Source of the DNA: Macrostomum lignano
Taxonomy: Eukaryota
Reading direction: 5' to 3'
Assembly: GCA_002269645.1 (NCBI GenBank)
Contig: NIVC01000001.1
Span: 1,674,001 to 1,738,000 of the forward strand
Length of the DNA stretch: 64,000 nucleotides
Part shown: in pieces, positions 1 through 12,044 of the stretch
Layout: each line of letters opens with the position of its first letter
How positions within the stretch are numbered: position 1 is the stretch's first letter
The notes under the pieces: model-generated
Databases searched by the model: none
The model's input: the letters and a program-made list of their open reading frames with translations, nothing else
Told to the model about the DNA's origin: nothing
Translations under genes and position numbers: made by a program

Positions 1-556
1 GGTGTCCAGCAGTTGAGGCTTGCCTACTGTCGAGGCTTGATCGGCGAAACTAGAGAAATTCGCATCAGGGTGTCCATAGTCACTTGGTGTCATCTGTTGA
101 AGGAGCCGACGGCGTCGGGATGATGACGGAATGCTTAGGAGACTAGCTGAAGGTGTCCAGCAGTTGAGGCTTGCCTACTGTCGAGGCTTGATCGGCGAAA
201 CTAGAGAAATTCGCATCAGGGTGTCCATAGTCACTTGGCGTCATCTGTTGAAGGAGCCGACGGCGTCGGGATGATAACGGAATGCTTGAGAGACTAGCTG
301 ACAATGTCCGTCGGTTGAGGTTTGCTCATTATTGAAGCTTGATAAGAAAGACCTGACATAGTTGCAAAAGGACGTCCATAGTCACCTGATGCCACCTGTT
401 GAAGGAGCCGACGGTGTCGGGATGATGACGGAATGCTCAGGAGACTAGCTGAGGGTGTCCGGCAGTTGAGGCTTGCCTACTGTCGAGGCTTGATCGGTGA
501 AACTCGAGAAATTCGCATCAAGGTGTTCATAGTCACCTGGTGCCACCTGTTGAAGG
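1..556. repeat. 151-bp tandem repeat, about 3.7 copies, truncated by window start
   Basis: Unit start GGTGTCC recurs at 1, 152, 303 (diverged copy) and 454. Period 151 is not a multiple of 3. Confidence 0.9.
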
Positions 557-880
557 TCTAGAAGCTCCGTCTCGGTGAAGGCCAGTAACCAACGAAGTCA
601 GAGCTGATGCAGACACATTTGGTCGACGTGCTGATGAAATTTGGAGACTTGGCAAGGCTGCACTGAGGCGCAGTGCTAATTGGCGCACAGGGGTGTACTG
701 AATACACTAGCGCTTATGGGAAAAATCCGACCTTCTGGCAGAATCGTCGAATATCTCGACGGTCCGGAGGGTTGGCGACTTGATTCTTGTTTGAGAAGGT
801 GCGCAACAAGAAGTTAGCCCGTGTTCTTGAATTTCGTGTGCCTGCGTTGCTCCGTTCCGGCGCAGCAAAAAAAATTGTCA

Positions 881-904
881 GGGGGGGGAAATTTCCCCCC
901 CCCC
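881..904. other. G8-AAATTT-C10 palindrome, probably the core of a short non-autonomous DNA element
   Basis: GGGGGGGGAAATTTCCCCCCCCCC read directly. The MITE assignment is inference. Confidence 0.5.
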
Positions 905-924
905 TCTTGGTAGTTCTACTGTTA

Positions 925-1760
925 ACAAACCGGAAGCAGCTTTCCCATCCCTATTAACAAACCGGAAGCAGCTTCCATTACGAATAACGAACCGGAAGCA
1001 GCTTCCCTATCACTTTTAACAAACCGGAAGCAGCTTCCCCATCACTATTAACAAACCGGAAGCAGCTTCCCCATCACTATTAACATACCGGAAGCAGCTT
1101 CCCCATTACTCTGATAAACCGGAAGCAGCTTTCCCATCCCTATTAACAAACCGGAAGCAGCTTCCATTACGAATAACGAACCGGAAGCAGCTTTCCCATC
1201 CCTATTAACAAACCGGAAGCAGCTTCCATTACGAATAACGAACCGGAAGCAGCTTCCCTATCACTTTTAACAAACCGGAAGCAGCTTCCCCATCACTATT
1301 AACAAACCGGAAGCAGCTTCCCCATCACTATTAACATACCGGAAGCAGCTTCCCCATTACTCTGATAAACCGGAAGCAGCTTTCCCATCCCTATTAACAA
1401 ACCGGAAGCAGCTTCCATTACGAATAACGAACCGGAAGCAGCTTCCCTATCACTATTAACAAACCGGAAGCAGCTTCCCCATCACTATTAACAAACCGGA
1501 AGCAGCTTCCCCATCACTATTAACAAACCGGAAGCAGCTTCCCCATCACTATTAACAAACCGGAAGCAGCTTCCCCATTACTCTGATAAACCGGAAGCAG
1601 CTTTCCCATCCCTATTAACAAACCGGAAGCAGCTTCCATTACGAATAACAAACCGGAAGCAGCTTCCCCATCACTATTAACAAACCGGAAGCAGCTTCCC
1701 CATCACTTTTAACGAACCGGAAGCAGCTTCCCCATCACTATAATCTGTAAGCAGCTTCCT
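925..1760. repeat. About 31-33-bp minisatellite with near-invariant core ACCGGAAGCAGCTTCC, about 26 copies, higher-order structure
   Basis: Core contains the hairpin GGAAGC-A-GCTTCC. About five related spacer variants recur in blocks. Confidence 0.92.
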
Positions 1761-1825
1761 CATAAATGTAAATCTTTGAGCAGGGAAAATCTGATTTGAA
1801 ACAAATAAACTGTTTATAATTTCAG

Positions 1826-3847
1826 CCCTGGCTGCTGGAGATCAACTCGCACGTGGCCACAGAGCAGGTTTACGACACCAGCCAGTGCAAGGTGATCTCA
1901 AACGTGGTCACGGAGGCCATCTGCATCATGTGCGAGATGTTCCAGAAGTCGCTGCAGGAGGAGCTGATAGCGATCGAGATCCAGCAGGGCGATCAGCGCC
2001 TGTCGAAGCTGAGCAGATCTCAGCGAATGATGACGGCCAAGGCTGAGCAGGAGGCGCTGGACAAGCTGCAGGTGAGCAATGCATGGCTGTTGGTTGTGGC
2101 GGGCTCTTTGTCTTCGATTAGGCAAAAAAATTCAGAAAGGTCTATTAAATTTCTATCCGGAGATCCAATCCCGAAAATCCAAAGCATCCCCACGAAAATA
2201 TTCCTCTTCCCGTAAATCCCCACTCAAAAATTCCTACCACAATACCCAACCAAAAATCCCAACATAAAAAATCTCCATTCCACAAAATCCCCATCCCGAG
2301 AATCCCCTCCAAACATCCCACTCAAAAAACCCCACCCGAAAATCCCCATTAAAAAATCCTCATCCCTAAAATCCCACCCAAAAATCCGAGCCATCCTGAA
2401 AGTCCCCACAGAAAACTCACATCCTCACTAAAAGATCCCAACTCAAAAAATCTCCCAGCCAGAATCTCCGATAGCATTAGCTATTAAAAACATATTGATT
2501 TATCCCAGGTCGTGCTCGACAAGACGGAGATCTCGAAGCGCCGTCCGCCAGTGTTCATGCAGAACTTCTTCTGGTGGTACGACACGCCGCGCTACCGCTG
2601 GCTGAAGCCGTGGGTGCTGCGCAAGAAGCCGACGCCAAAGGTTCTGCCCTGGCACTCCCGCGTGTTCCTCGGCCTGGCCAGCCGCAACGACGCTATTAGG
2701 AGAAAGAACTTCAAGGCCGACGAGATGACCGCCTCACACGACGCTATGGACTACTTCAGGCACATCTTCTGGCGGGTGGGCAGCTTCTGCGCGATTTTTT
2801 AAGGAGATTTGAGCAGTCTGTGATTAGATTTGAGTAGTTTGCAGTGTTGAGATTTGAGTAGTCTATGTTGAGATTTGAGCAGTCTGTGATTAGATTTGAG
2901 TAGTTTGCAGTGTTGAGATTTGAGTAGTCTATGTTGAGATTTGAGTAGTCTGTGATTAGATTTGAGTAGTCTATGTTGAGATTTGAGCAGTCTGTGATTA
3001 GATTTGAGTAGTCTATGTTGAGATTTGAGCAGTCTGTGATTAGATTTGAGTAGTCTATGTTGAGATTTGAGCAGTCTGTGATTAGATTTGAGTAGTCTAT
3101 GTTGAGATTTGAGCAGTCTGTGTTGAGAATTGAGCAGTTTGTGAGATTTAAGCCAGTGTTGACATCAATCGGAGTCAAGCCAACCCATTGAATCTGCAGG
3201 AGAAACTCGAGAACGACATGCGCCGTTTCGAAGTGGAAAAATTGACCAAACGAGCCGAAGTTGTCGCCAGCGGCGGTGCCAGCGCGCCAGGCGCCGGGAC
3301 CAGCGTGGCCGGCAGCGGCGGCGGCGGCGGCCAACACAGTATCGCAGGAAACAGCGGTAGCAGCAAGGGGCAGCAACAAAAGCAACAGGAGCAGCAGCAA
3401 GGCGAACAGCCGCAGTCAACATCCAACATCAACCTGGCCAGTGTGCAGCCCGGCCTGCGTTCGGTCATGACTCGCCGCAGCTTCACGTTCGACCCCTACC
3501 AGAACAGCGACGAGGATGACGAGGACCGGCACGAGGACGGCAGCCGCATCGAGGTGGACGAGCGCAGCGCCCTCCGCCGGGTCGCCGACGAGCGGGGCGG
3601 CAAATCGACCGACGACGGCGCCTTCGACGATGCCGGCGTCGACATGAAGCCGAGGGACCTGGCCGCCGGCTTCTTCTCCGAGGATCTGGGCAAGCTGGCC
3701 AACAAGTCCAACACCCGGCGGCTGTCCCTGCAGCTGCCATCGGCCAGCGAGGTGTTGAACGAAGCCGAGGCGGCCAACAACGGGCTCGGCAGCCGGAGCC
3801 GGCACCGGCGCTTCAGAGCCCGGTTCGCCGACGACACGGCGCCTTGA
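1826..3847 (+). CDS. TTLL10: Tubulin-tyrosine-ligase-like protein (TTLL10-like glycylase), 3' exons only
   Basis: Exons 1826-2071, 2509-2775, 3200-3847 join in phase 0 with AG/GT sites. PWLLEINS is the TTL-family C-terminal ATP-grasp motif. VISNVVTEAICIMCEMFQKSLQ resembles, from memory, TTLL10 VIPGVVIETLDLVLETFRKSLR. Upstream exons not found in the window. Confidence 0.65.
2160..2460. repeat. Degenerate A/C-rich intronic repeat (AAAATCCC-type)
   Basis: Recurrent aaaatccc(c/a) motifs inside intron 2072-2508. Confidence 0.7.
2805..3150. repeat. 21-bp minisatellite with a 42-bp dimeric higher-order unit
   Basis: Alternating agatttgagtagtctatgttg / agatttgagcagtctgtgatt inside intron 2776-3199. 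Confidence 0.9.
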
Positions 3848-4905
3848 ATAACCCTTAACACATATCGCCCCCGTGCAAGCCCGAAAAGTGCAGCAGGCCG
3901 AGAAAATGTCGCAATGTACTTTTATATAAACTGCATATTGTCATACCTGCAGTAAGCGTGTGTATGCAGTATCAGGTGCAGTGCTGCACCTGTTAAAGAG
4001 AGGCACTTATTTTACTTAACTGTGTAGGGCTAATTGCTTACTAGTAGACTGGCAACATTCTTTGTAGGAATAAATTTTCAAATGCACACTCAAAAATGCA
4101 CTTTTAAAAAGAAACGCTCTCGGAGTTTTTGGACCCGAAACATTTCCTATAAAAATAACCGCGGCCCGAATATGTGACAATAAATATACTCAGAACTCTA
4201 TTGACTGTATTTATTTAACTGGATGGCAGTGATAAATAATTTTAGTTGTAGTTCTGTAACTGGTAGGATCGGAGCTAAGGCTCTTTACTGACTGATTAGT
4301 ACTGCCTTTTTATCGCTCTAGAAGCTGGTGGCCGCCACAGACCATATAGAATATAGACTGCGAATCTCGGGGGCCTGCCGAGGCGCGTTGTGGGACAAAA
4401 AAGCAACACAAAAAATGGTCCTTCCACAAAGCCCCAACTTCGATCGATATGTGGGACAAAAAATGGGCAAGTGCAAGTTTTCAAGCTTGAAATTTGCTTA
4501 TTATAAAGAGTTTAAAACCCCAGGGAGGCAAAATAAATGTAAATTAGATTTGAATTGAATTGAATTGATTGAATTGAATTTGAATTTGATTTGAATTAGA
4601 ATTTCCTTGCAAAAATATCCAGCAAAAAACCAATTAAAGCATTCTTATCCATGCAGCCTCAGCCGGCTTCTATAGTGTATCAAAAAGGAGAAAAGCGCCA
4701 GAAAATGTGGCAACTATTGCTGTGCTCAGGGAGCTGAACAAGAAGCACCAGCGACTAAGGGCGCGGTCAAAGTCACTGACAGAAATTGTGAAAGTGCTGT
4801 AGGCAAAGAATATTGTGGATGAAGCTGCAACATCCCGTCTGCAGGTTCTGTCATCAAATTCATTGTTGAGCTGTCTAGTGCCAACTAAAAACAAGAGGAT
4901 AAAAA

Positions 4906-5085
4906 TTTCCTCCTGAAGTTCGGCGATTTGCTTCCACGTTGCACTATTACAGTCCTAAGGCATACAAATACGTGAGAAAGTTTTTCCAGCTTCCGCGCAT
5001 CCATCTTCTTTACGGAAATGGATCTCAAGTGTGTACGATGCCTTCCAGGATTCTGCGTCCAAGCATTCCAAGAACTATACGTATT
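4906..5085 (+). pseudogene. Frameshifted P-transposase N-terminal fragment
   Basis: FPPEVRRFASTLHYYSPKAYKYVRKFFQLP, then after frameshifts HPSSLRKWISSV and CLPGFCVQAF. Matches the P/THAP9 pattern FALTLHxYSPKAYxYxR..LP.HPxTLRxW..PGF. A probable C-terminal remnant YIRIRMKKIAK..RQKLLRTAIFLN lies at about 5705-5855. Confidence 0.8.
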
Positions 5086-5221
5086 CTGCTGAACACCGAA
5101 ACGATTATTCGCCGCTCCGGCTTTGATAGCTGCTTTTCAAGCTCAATCGCTGTTCAAGAGACTTTGAATTTGAATTTCACTTTGAATTTCAACCGCTATT
5201 CTCTGAATTAGATTCGCATTC

Positions 5222-5697
5222 AGCAGCTGTTAGCACATGTATTGAGTCACACAAGCTGCAGCTGTAGCACAGGTATTGAGTCACACAAGCTGCAGCTGTA
5301 GCACAGGTATTGAGTCACACAAGCTGCAGCTGTAGCACAGGTATTGAGTCACACAAGCTGCAGCTGTAGCACAGGTATTGAGTCACACAAGCTGCAGCTG
5401 TAGCACAGGTATTGAGTCACACAAGCTGCAGCTGTAGCACAGGTATTGAGTCACACAAGCTGCAGCTGTAGCACAGGTATTGAGTCACACAAGCTGCAGC
5501 TGTTAGCACAGGTATTGAGTCACACAAGCTGCAGCTGTTAGCACAGGTATTGAGTCACACAAGGTGCAGCTGTTAGCACAGGTATTGAGTCACACAAGCT
5601 GCAGCTGTTAGCACAGGTATTGAGTCACACAAGCTGCAGCTGTTAGCACAGGTATTGAGTCACACAAGCTGCAGCTGTTAGCACAGGTATTGAGTCA
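5222..5697. repeat. 34-35-bp minisatellite, about 14 copies, inside element A
   Basis: Unit gctgcagctgt(t)agcacaggtattgagtcacacaa. Confidence 0.95.
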
Positions 5698-6119
5698 AGA
5701 AAGTTATGAACATTTTTTACATCAGAATTCGCATGAAGAAAATTGCGAAAGACATGTCGCACTTATTAAGAAAGGCAGGAAGGAGACAGAAGCTGCTGCG
5801 CACAGCAATTTTTCTTAATCTGAAAGCTGGGACTTTGAAGGACATTTCGGGGTAATTTAATTTAATTTTATTACTTTTATGTATTTGGTTTTCGTGGCGT
5901 TTTATGTAAAAAAGAAGAAAAATGTATCTCAATTGCATGTGTCCAATAGGAGCACAATGGAAAAGAGGCCCGCCCTGTACCACATATCGATCGAGCTGGG
6001 GTGGGTGAGAGGGACCAGTTTCTTATGGGGGAAAATGGCCCACTTTTTTCTTCACTTTACTGGTCTATATTCTATATGGTCTGTGGTGGCCGCCCACCCA
6101 GGAGATTGAGGCGCAGTAG

Positions 6120-6772
6120 CGATTCTAAAGTGATTCAGACGCAATACCCACACTAGAGACCAAAAGGCCATTCTAAAAGGGGCACAAGACGCGATTCCTA
6201 AAAGGGGGCATAAGAGGCGATTCTAAAAGGGGGAACAAGAGCCGATTCTAAAAGGGGGCACAAGAGGCGATTCTAAAAGGGGGCATAAGAGGCGATTCTA
6301 AAAGGGGGAACAAGAGGCGATTCTAAAAGGGGGAACAAGAGCCGATTCTAAAAGGGGGCACAAGAGGCGATTCTAAAAGGGGGAACAAGAGCCGATTCTA
6401 AAAGGGGGCATAAGAGGCGATTCTAAAAGGGGGCACAAGAGGCGATTCGTAAAAGGGGGCACAAGAGGCGATTCGTAAAAGGGGGCACAAGAGGCGATTC
6501 CTAAAAGGGGGCACAAAAGGCGATTCGTAAAAGGGGGCACAAGAGGCGATTCAAAAGGGGGCACAAGAGGCGATTACTAAAAGGGGGCACAAGAGGCGAT
6601 TCTAAAAGGGGGCACAAGAGGCGATTCTAAAAGGGGGCACAAGAGGCGATTACTAAAAGGGGGCATAAGAGGCGATTCTAAAAGGGGGCACAAGAGGCGA
6701 TTCCTAAAAGGGGGCACAAGAGGCGATTCTAAAAGGGGGCACAAGAGGCGATTTCCAAAAGGGGCACAAGAG
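6120..6772. repeat. 25-bp minisatellite, about 26 copies, downstream of RNF10
   Basis: Unit ttctaaaagggggcacaagaggcga. Confidence 0.95.
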
Positions 6773-7400
6773 ACGAATATCATCATTCCTTCTAGCTTGG
6801 CAGGTCGATGTGAATTTAAAATGAGAACGACTGTTCCCCTTTGCGGCCTTTTTGAATTGAACATTGGAACAAAGTAATATTTATTATACGTAAGAGAAAT
6901 AAAAGCAAAAAATAACACCACACTCGCTTGCTTATCAATGTATTGAAAAAAACTTGAATAGTAAGATTTACCTTGTAATTATTAACGCTTGCATGCCTAT
7001 TAATTATAACAATTTATTAATTAGACAAAACGCACCAGCGTACTCTACAGATCAGAGGGAAGGACAGGGCAGGTTAACAATTACAAAACCGATATTAAAA
7101 CAGCATATCTTACCTATAGCTAAAACAATTGAACCAGTGAACACCTGCGCTACAGATTTGAATTCTCAAGCAGTTTAATTGAAAGAGTCAATAATGAATA
7201 AGATAACGACGGCACCCGACACCAAAAATGAAGCAGTTTACGCTGCAGGGCCTACTCAGAGTATGTCAAAAGAAGTTTGTGTTAAATGAATAACACAGGT
7301 TTTGATACCGATCAAGCAGTAAGCAGCATTGGTAAACATTATTGAATTATTATTGATTACTCCTTCTCAGTAGTTTTAAAAAATAGTAATTTATTAATAA

Positions 7401-10400
7401 TCAACAATCGTTTGGCGGCTCCTCATCCTCATCTTGCTGCTTCTGTTGCTCCTTGAAGAAACTGGCTCTGGCCGCTAATTTCTTCTTCCGCTGCTTCTGC
7501 TGCCGCCTGTTGCCGCCGTCGCCGTTGCCGTCGCCGTTGGTGGCGGCGGCGAGCAGCGCGCCAAGAGTGTCGCCCAGAGACGTCAACGGCTTCGGTGCGG
7601 CTGCCAACGCGTCTTCGTCGACCTCGCCGCCATCGTCAGCGGAACGAGCAGCTGCGGCTTTACTACTAGAAGTAGTAGCAGTAGCAGTAGCAGCGGCAGG
7701 CTTGCCAAGCGCCGGCCAGGCGGCAGCAGCTTGGGCAAACGAGCGCACGCTGTTATTGCTGCTACTAGGAGCGGCAGATGATGAAGCGGCGGCGGCGGCC
7801 GCGGAGGAGGCGGCAACGGCGGCCAGAGGCGGGTCGGCCTCGGTGAAGGCGGGATTCTCGCGCGGCTCCCGGGCATTCATGGCCGACGCGGTCACAACAA
7901 TGCTCAGCGCTTCGCCCATCAACCGGCGATCCTCGGCGTCGCGTCGGCGAGTCAGGCGACGCTCCTGGCGGGCCAGGGCCTGGCGCTGGCGCCGGCGTTC
8001 GTCCAGCTGGCGAGAGAATTCGTTCAGGCAGCGCCGGCTGAGCAGCGGCGGCCCGAGGTCCAGCTCGGCGATGGCCAGGCTGCAGGTGAGCGGCAGGTGG
8101 CGCAGGTAGGCGGCTCGTTTGCGCAGGGCTGGCGTCACCGATAGCTGCGGCGGGAGGATTGGGATTTGGGATAGCGATTCCGTAGCTAGCTAATGGGGAT
8201 TTCTGATTGGCAATGGGGATTTCCGATTGCTAATGGGGATTTTTTATTGCTAATGTGTATTTCTGAATGCCGATGGGGATTTCTGATTGCTGGTGGGGAT
8301 TTCTGATTGCTGATGGGGATTTCTGATTGGCAATGGGGATTTCCGATTGCTAATGTGGATTTCTGATTGCTACTGGGGATTTCTGATTGCTGGTGGGGAT
8401 TTCTGATTGCTACTGGGGATTTCTGATTGCTACTGGGGATTTCTGATTGCTAATAGTAGATGATATTTGTTTTATTTGTTGACCATAAAATAACCATTTT
8501 GTTATTGATATGGTTACCATAACAATAACAACTGGGGATTTCTGATTGCTAATGAAGATTTTTGCCAATGGGGAGCTCTGATTGCCAATTAAGTGACCAG
8601 TTGGACCCCCACCTGTTCAACGTGCAGCACAGCGGCTGTAATCCTAGGCGGACAGTTGGCGATGCCGCCATATTGCCAGGCCAGGCACTGCCAGTTGAGG
8701 CTGTGCAAGTACACGTGGCGCCCGTCAGCCGCCTGGTAGAAGTAGTGCGCCGGCTCCTCGCACACGGAGGTCAGCTTCGCTCGGCGGGCTGGCGGCGCCG
8801 GGCCGGCCGCACCGAAACTCGGCGGCGGAGTCGACGACGCGGTGGCTGCGGCACCGCCCTCGGCTATAATCGACGTCGGCATCCGCTGCGGCGGGGTGGC
8901 CTCGGCCATCGGCGCCGCTGCAGCGCCAGCCGCCGACGCAGTAGTCGCCGAGGCTGCGTCGGCGAGAGCGCCGCCGAGACGGGCCAGAGTGGCGCTCCTG
9001 GCCGCTCGGACGAATTCGAGCTGCTCCGGGTCGGCCTCCGACTGGAGCTCGGCTAGTTCGGCCAGCTCGCGGGCGACCTGGAGGAGTAATTGGGGTAGCG
9101 ACAAATTATCAACACTATGGACATAATCATCGACACACTAGCGACATACGAGTAACCATGGTAACCATCGACACACTAAGCGATTTAACCATCGACACAC
9201 TAAGCGACATAATCTACGACACACCAAGCGACATAACCATCGACACACTAAGCGATTTAACCATCGACACACTAAGCGACATAATCTACGACACACCAAG
9301 CGACATAATCATTGACACATTAGCGACATAACCATCGACACACTAAGCGACATAATTATCGACACACCAAGAGACATAATTATTGACACATTAGCGACAT
9401 GACCATCGACACACATGAAAAGCGAAATAATTATCGACACACTAAGCGACATAACTATTGACACACCAAGCGACATAAACGACACATTAGCGACATAATT
9501 ATCGACACACATGAATAGCGACATCATCATCGACACCTTAGGACACAATATCGACCCAATTGCGACACACTTTAATACAAATACCTACCACAAACTTGGC
9601 CACATCCTCAGCGTTGGCGGTGATCAGCTTGGCGAAGGCGGCCACAGCGGGCGGACAGTCGGCCAGGCGCGGCGGCGACAGGCTGACATCGGCATTAGCG
9701 TACTCGTCGGCAGTCTGCAGACTCGCCAGCTGTTCAACAGGCAGCACCCGATTGTCGCCCTTTAACCGGCGCATCAGCAGCATGGTGATGCTGTCGCCAA
9801 CTCGAACGCCTCCGCCACCGACTCCGTCGCCACTAGTGTTGACGTCGATATCGCCGGCATCAGAGGCGTTAGCGGTGTCGGCGATTGGGCAGAGGCTGCG
9901 AAGATCGGCCGGATAAATGTGCTCGGCGCAGATGGCGCATTTCTTGGAGTTGCGGCCGGCGTTCTCGTACCTGCACGGTGAGTTGTGAGAGGAATGAGTA
10001 GGACATGAGGATGTAGACAATCAGTACGAATCGTAAGCCTAGTGAGTACTTGAAGTACAAAGAATTATACAGATATTATCCGCATTAAAGTGATTTTCAG
10101 TTGCATTCAAGGGGTGCTTAAAAATTGGAAGATGGGAGACTTGCATAAAGAGAGAGGGGTTTCCATGGTGAGAAAAAAATGTTTTGATGAGGGGGAGAGG
10201 GGGTTTCCATAGGAGGGGATTTCCATGGGGGAGAGGGGATTTCCATGGGGGGAGAGGAGATTTCCATGGGGGGAGAGGGGATTTCCATGGGGGAGAGAGG
10301 GTTCTATGGGGAGGCAGGATTTCCATGGAGAGGGGATTTCCATGGGGGGAGAGAGGGTTCTATGGGGAGGCAGGATTTCCATGGAGAGGGGATTTCCATG

Positions 10401-11949
10401 GGGGGAGAGAGGGTTCTATGGGGAGGCAGGATTTCTATGGAGAGGGGATTTCCATGGAGAGGGGATTTCCATGAGGAGAGAGGGGGTTCCACCAGGAGGG
10501 GGAGGGGTTTCATGGGGAGGGAAGGGGATTTCCATGAAGAGGGGATTCCCTCCCATGGGGACTGGGGAGGGAGAGAGGCGATGTTTATGGACAATACGGT
10601 AGAAGTGTTAGTAATCAGAACGATTTAGGCTCTAGTGTATTGAAACAGTACCGGAGCAACTCTATAAGTAACAAATTTCAGTCCAGCTCACCCGATGTAC
10701 TGCAGCGCGCACGGATGGCAGTAGGCGTGGCCGCACTTGGTCACCTTGGCCGCCCGAGGCCGGCACAGGCAGATCGGACAGTTGGAACCGGCCGCCGCCG
10801 GGGCGCGAACCTCTTCAACGAGATCCCAGGCAACTAGCAGGTCGGGATCTCTCATATAGGCCGTGTAGTCCACGCCGACGCTGCCGCTGTTATTGTCGGT
10901 ATTGCTGGCCTCCTTAGCAACGGCGGCCTTGACAACGAACTGACAATTGGCCTGCATAAATACTTCTTTGTTGTAGAAGCCGGAGCTCGCGCTGGCGTCG
11001 TACCGATTGAAGCTGCTAATTTATTTAGAGGGTGGGTGATTTTAACTGCAGGTGATGACACTACTTAAAGTAGAAAAATGTATGAGACAATTTAAGAGAT
11101 CGCCACCGCCCACTGACGATAAGTAGCAAGTGGAGTATATCCTAATGGATTTCTCATAGAACCCACGCGGGAGATTTACGACAGCTTGAGTGACACGAAT
11201 TGGCTGTCTAACCTAATCCCAACCCTAGCTAATACCTAAAACTTAACAGAAACCTAAAATAACTTAACACTAATTAAATTTTCAAGCCAAAAACTAAACC
11301 AAAATCCTAATTTTATAACCTAAACCTAAAATCCTAATTCCTGAACCCAAACCTAACCTAACCTAAAATCCTAATTTCTAAACTCAAATTCAAAAACCCA
11401 AACTTAAAATCCTAATTTCTAAACTTAAACTCCAAAACCAAAACCTAAAATCCTAATTCCTTAACTCAAATTTCTAAACCCAAACCTAAAATCGTACTTT
11501 TTAAAACTCTAATTTCTAAACCCAAACCTAAAACCCTAATTTTTCGAACTCTTAGACTAAAGAAAAAGATTGTAAAAAAAGATTCACAAACCGATACTGC
11601 TGCTGACGCTGCTTGAACTGCCGGCGACCAGCATTGCTGCCATTGTCATCATAGTAGACGCCCAGCTCTCTGGCCACGGTGGCTTCGGCGCTGTCGCTGT
11701 TGGTCTTTCGACCGCCGCCGCTGTTTCCGCGTCGGCCAGAGGCGCCGCCGGCCGAATTGCGCTGAACGGCGCTGCTGGCTCCGCTGCCGCCGCCGCCGCT
11801 GCGCCGAGACCAGTTGGCCGACAATGCGCCCCGATTGCAGGCGCCACTACGAGAAACAGCCGCAGGCGGTCCGAATTGCTGCTGCTGGTCGCAACCAGGG
11901 CCACTGGCGCCGGCACCACCGCCAGCATTGGGCAATTGTCTGCCGCCAC
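7401..11949 (-). CDS. RNF10: RING finger protein 10 (E3 ubiquitin ligase), 5' end unresolved
   Basis: Exons 11949-11592, 11015-10692, 9970-9589, 9077-8613, 8144-7401 with compatible phases. Motifs NKEVFMQANCQFVV, RING CPICLCRPRAAKVTKCGHAYCHPC..CAIC, GDSITMLLMRR, YFYQAADGRHVYLH and YLRHLPLTC match RNF10. Confidence 0.93.
8195..8560. repeat. 20-bp minisatellite in RNF10 intron 4
   Basis: Unit ggggatttctgattgct(a/g)(a/c/g)t. Confidence 0.9.
9115..9570. repeat. Degenerate 23-25-bp minisatellite in RNF10 intron 3
   Basis: Unit about atcgacacactaagcgacataacc. Confidence 0.85.
10150..10570. repeat. G-rich degenerate minisatellite in RNF10 intron 2
   Basis: Recurrent ggggatttccatgggg(g)gagagag. 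Confidence 0.85.
11205..11550. repeat. Degenerate cctaaa/cctaac-rich repeat in RNF10 intron 1
   Basis: Recurrent aaacctaaaatcctaattt. Confidence 0.75.
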
Positions 11950-12044
11950 CTTTTGATAGACAATTTGTGAGTAAAATTACTTTTTAATTACAATGCAAAG
12001 GTGGGTTTTTTATGCAATGCAGTTTAGGGAAAATTTACAAGTTG

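Larger units (their letters stand above)
4336..6085 (+). mobile_element. P-element-like (THAP9 family) DNA transposon, internally deleted (element A)
   Basis: Perfect 23-bp TIRs CACAGACCATATAGAATATAGAC (4336-4358 / 6063-6085). 8-bp TSD GTGGCCGC (4328-4335 / 6086-6093). 14-bp subterminal IR CGATCGATATGTGG (4441-4454 / 5980-5993). Transposase remnants inside. Confidence 0.9.

Noticed and set aside
1-556. Protein-coding 50-aa repeat on the minus strand
   Set aside because: One frame is open within a unit, but the 151-bp period shifts the frame into a stop at each junction.
925-1760. CRISPR array (palindromic constant repeat with variable spacers)
   Set aside because: Spacers are only about 15-17 nt, homologous to each other and recur in order. 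There are no cas genes and the context is eukaryotic.
7453-8109. Antisense or alternate-frame ORFs over GC-rich exons (e.g. 7453-8109, 8562-9056, 3416-3861, 32101-32924, 54216-54683)
   Set aside because: Shadow ORFs of real exons, with no recognisable motifs.
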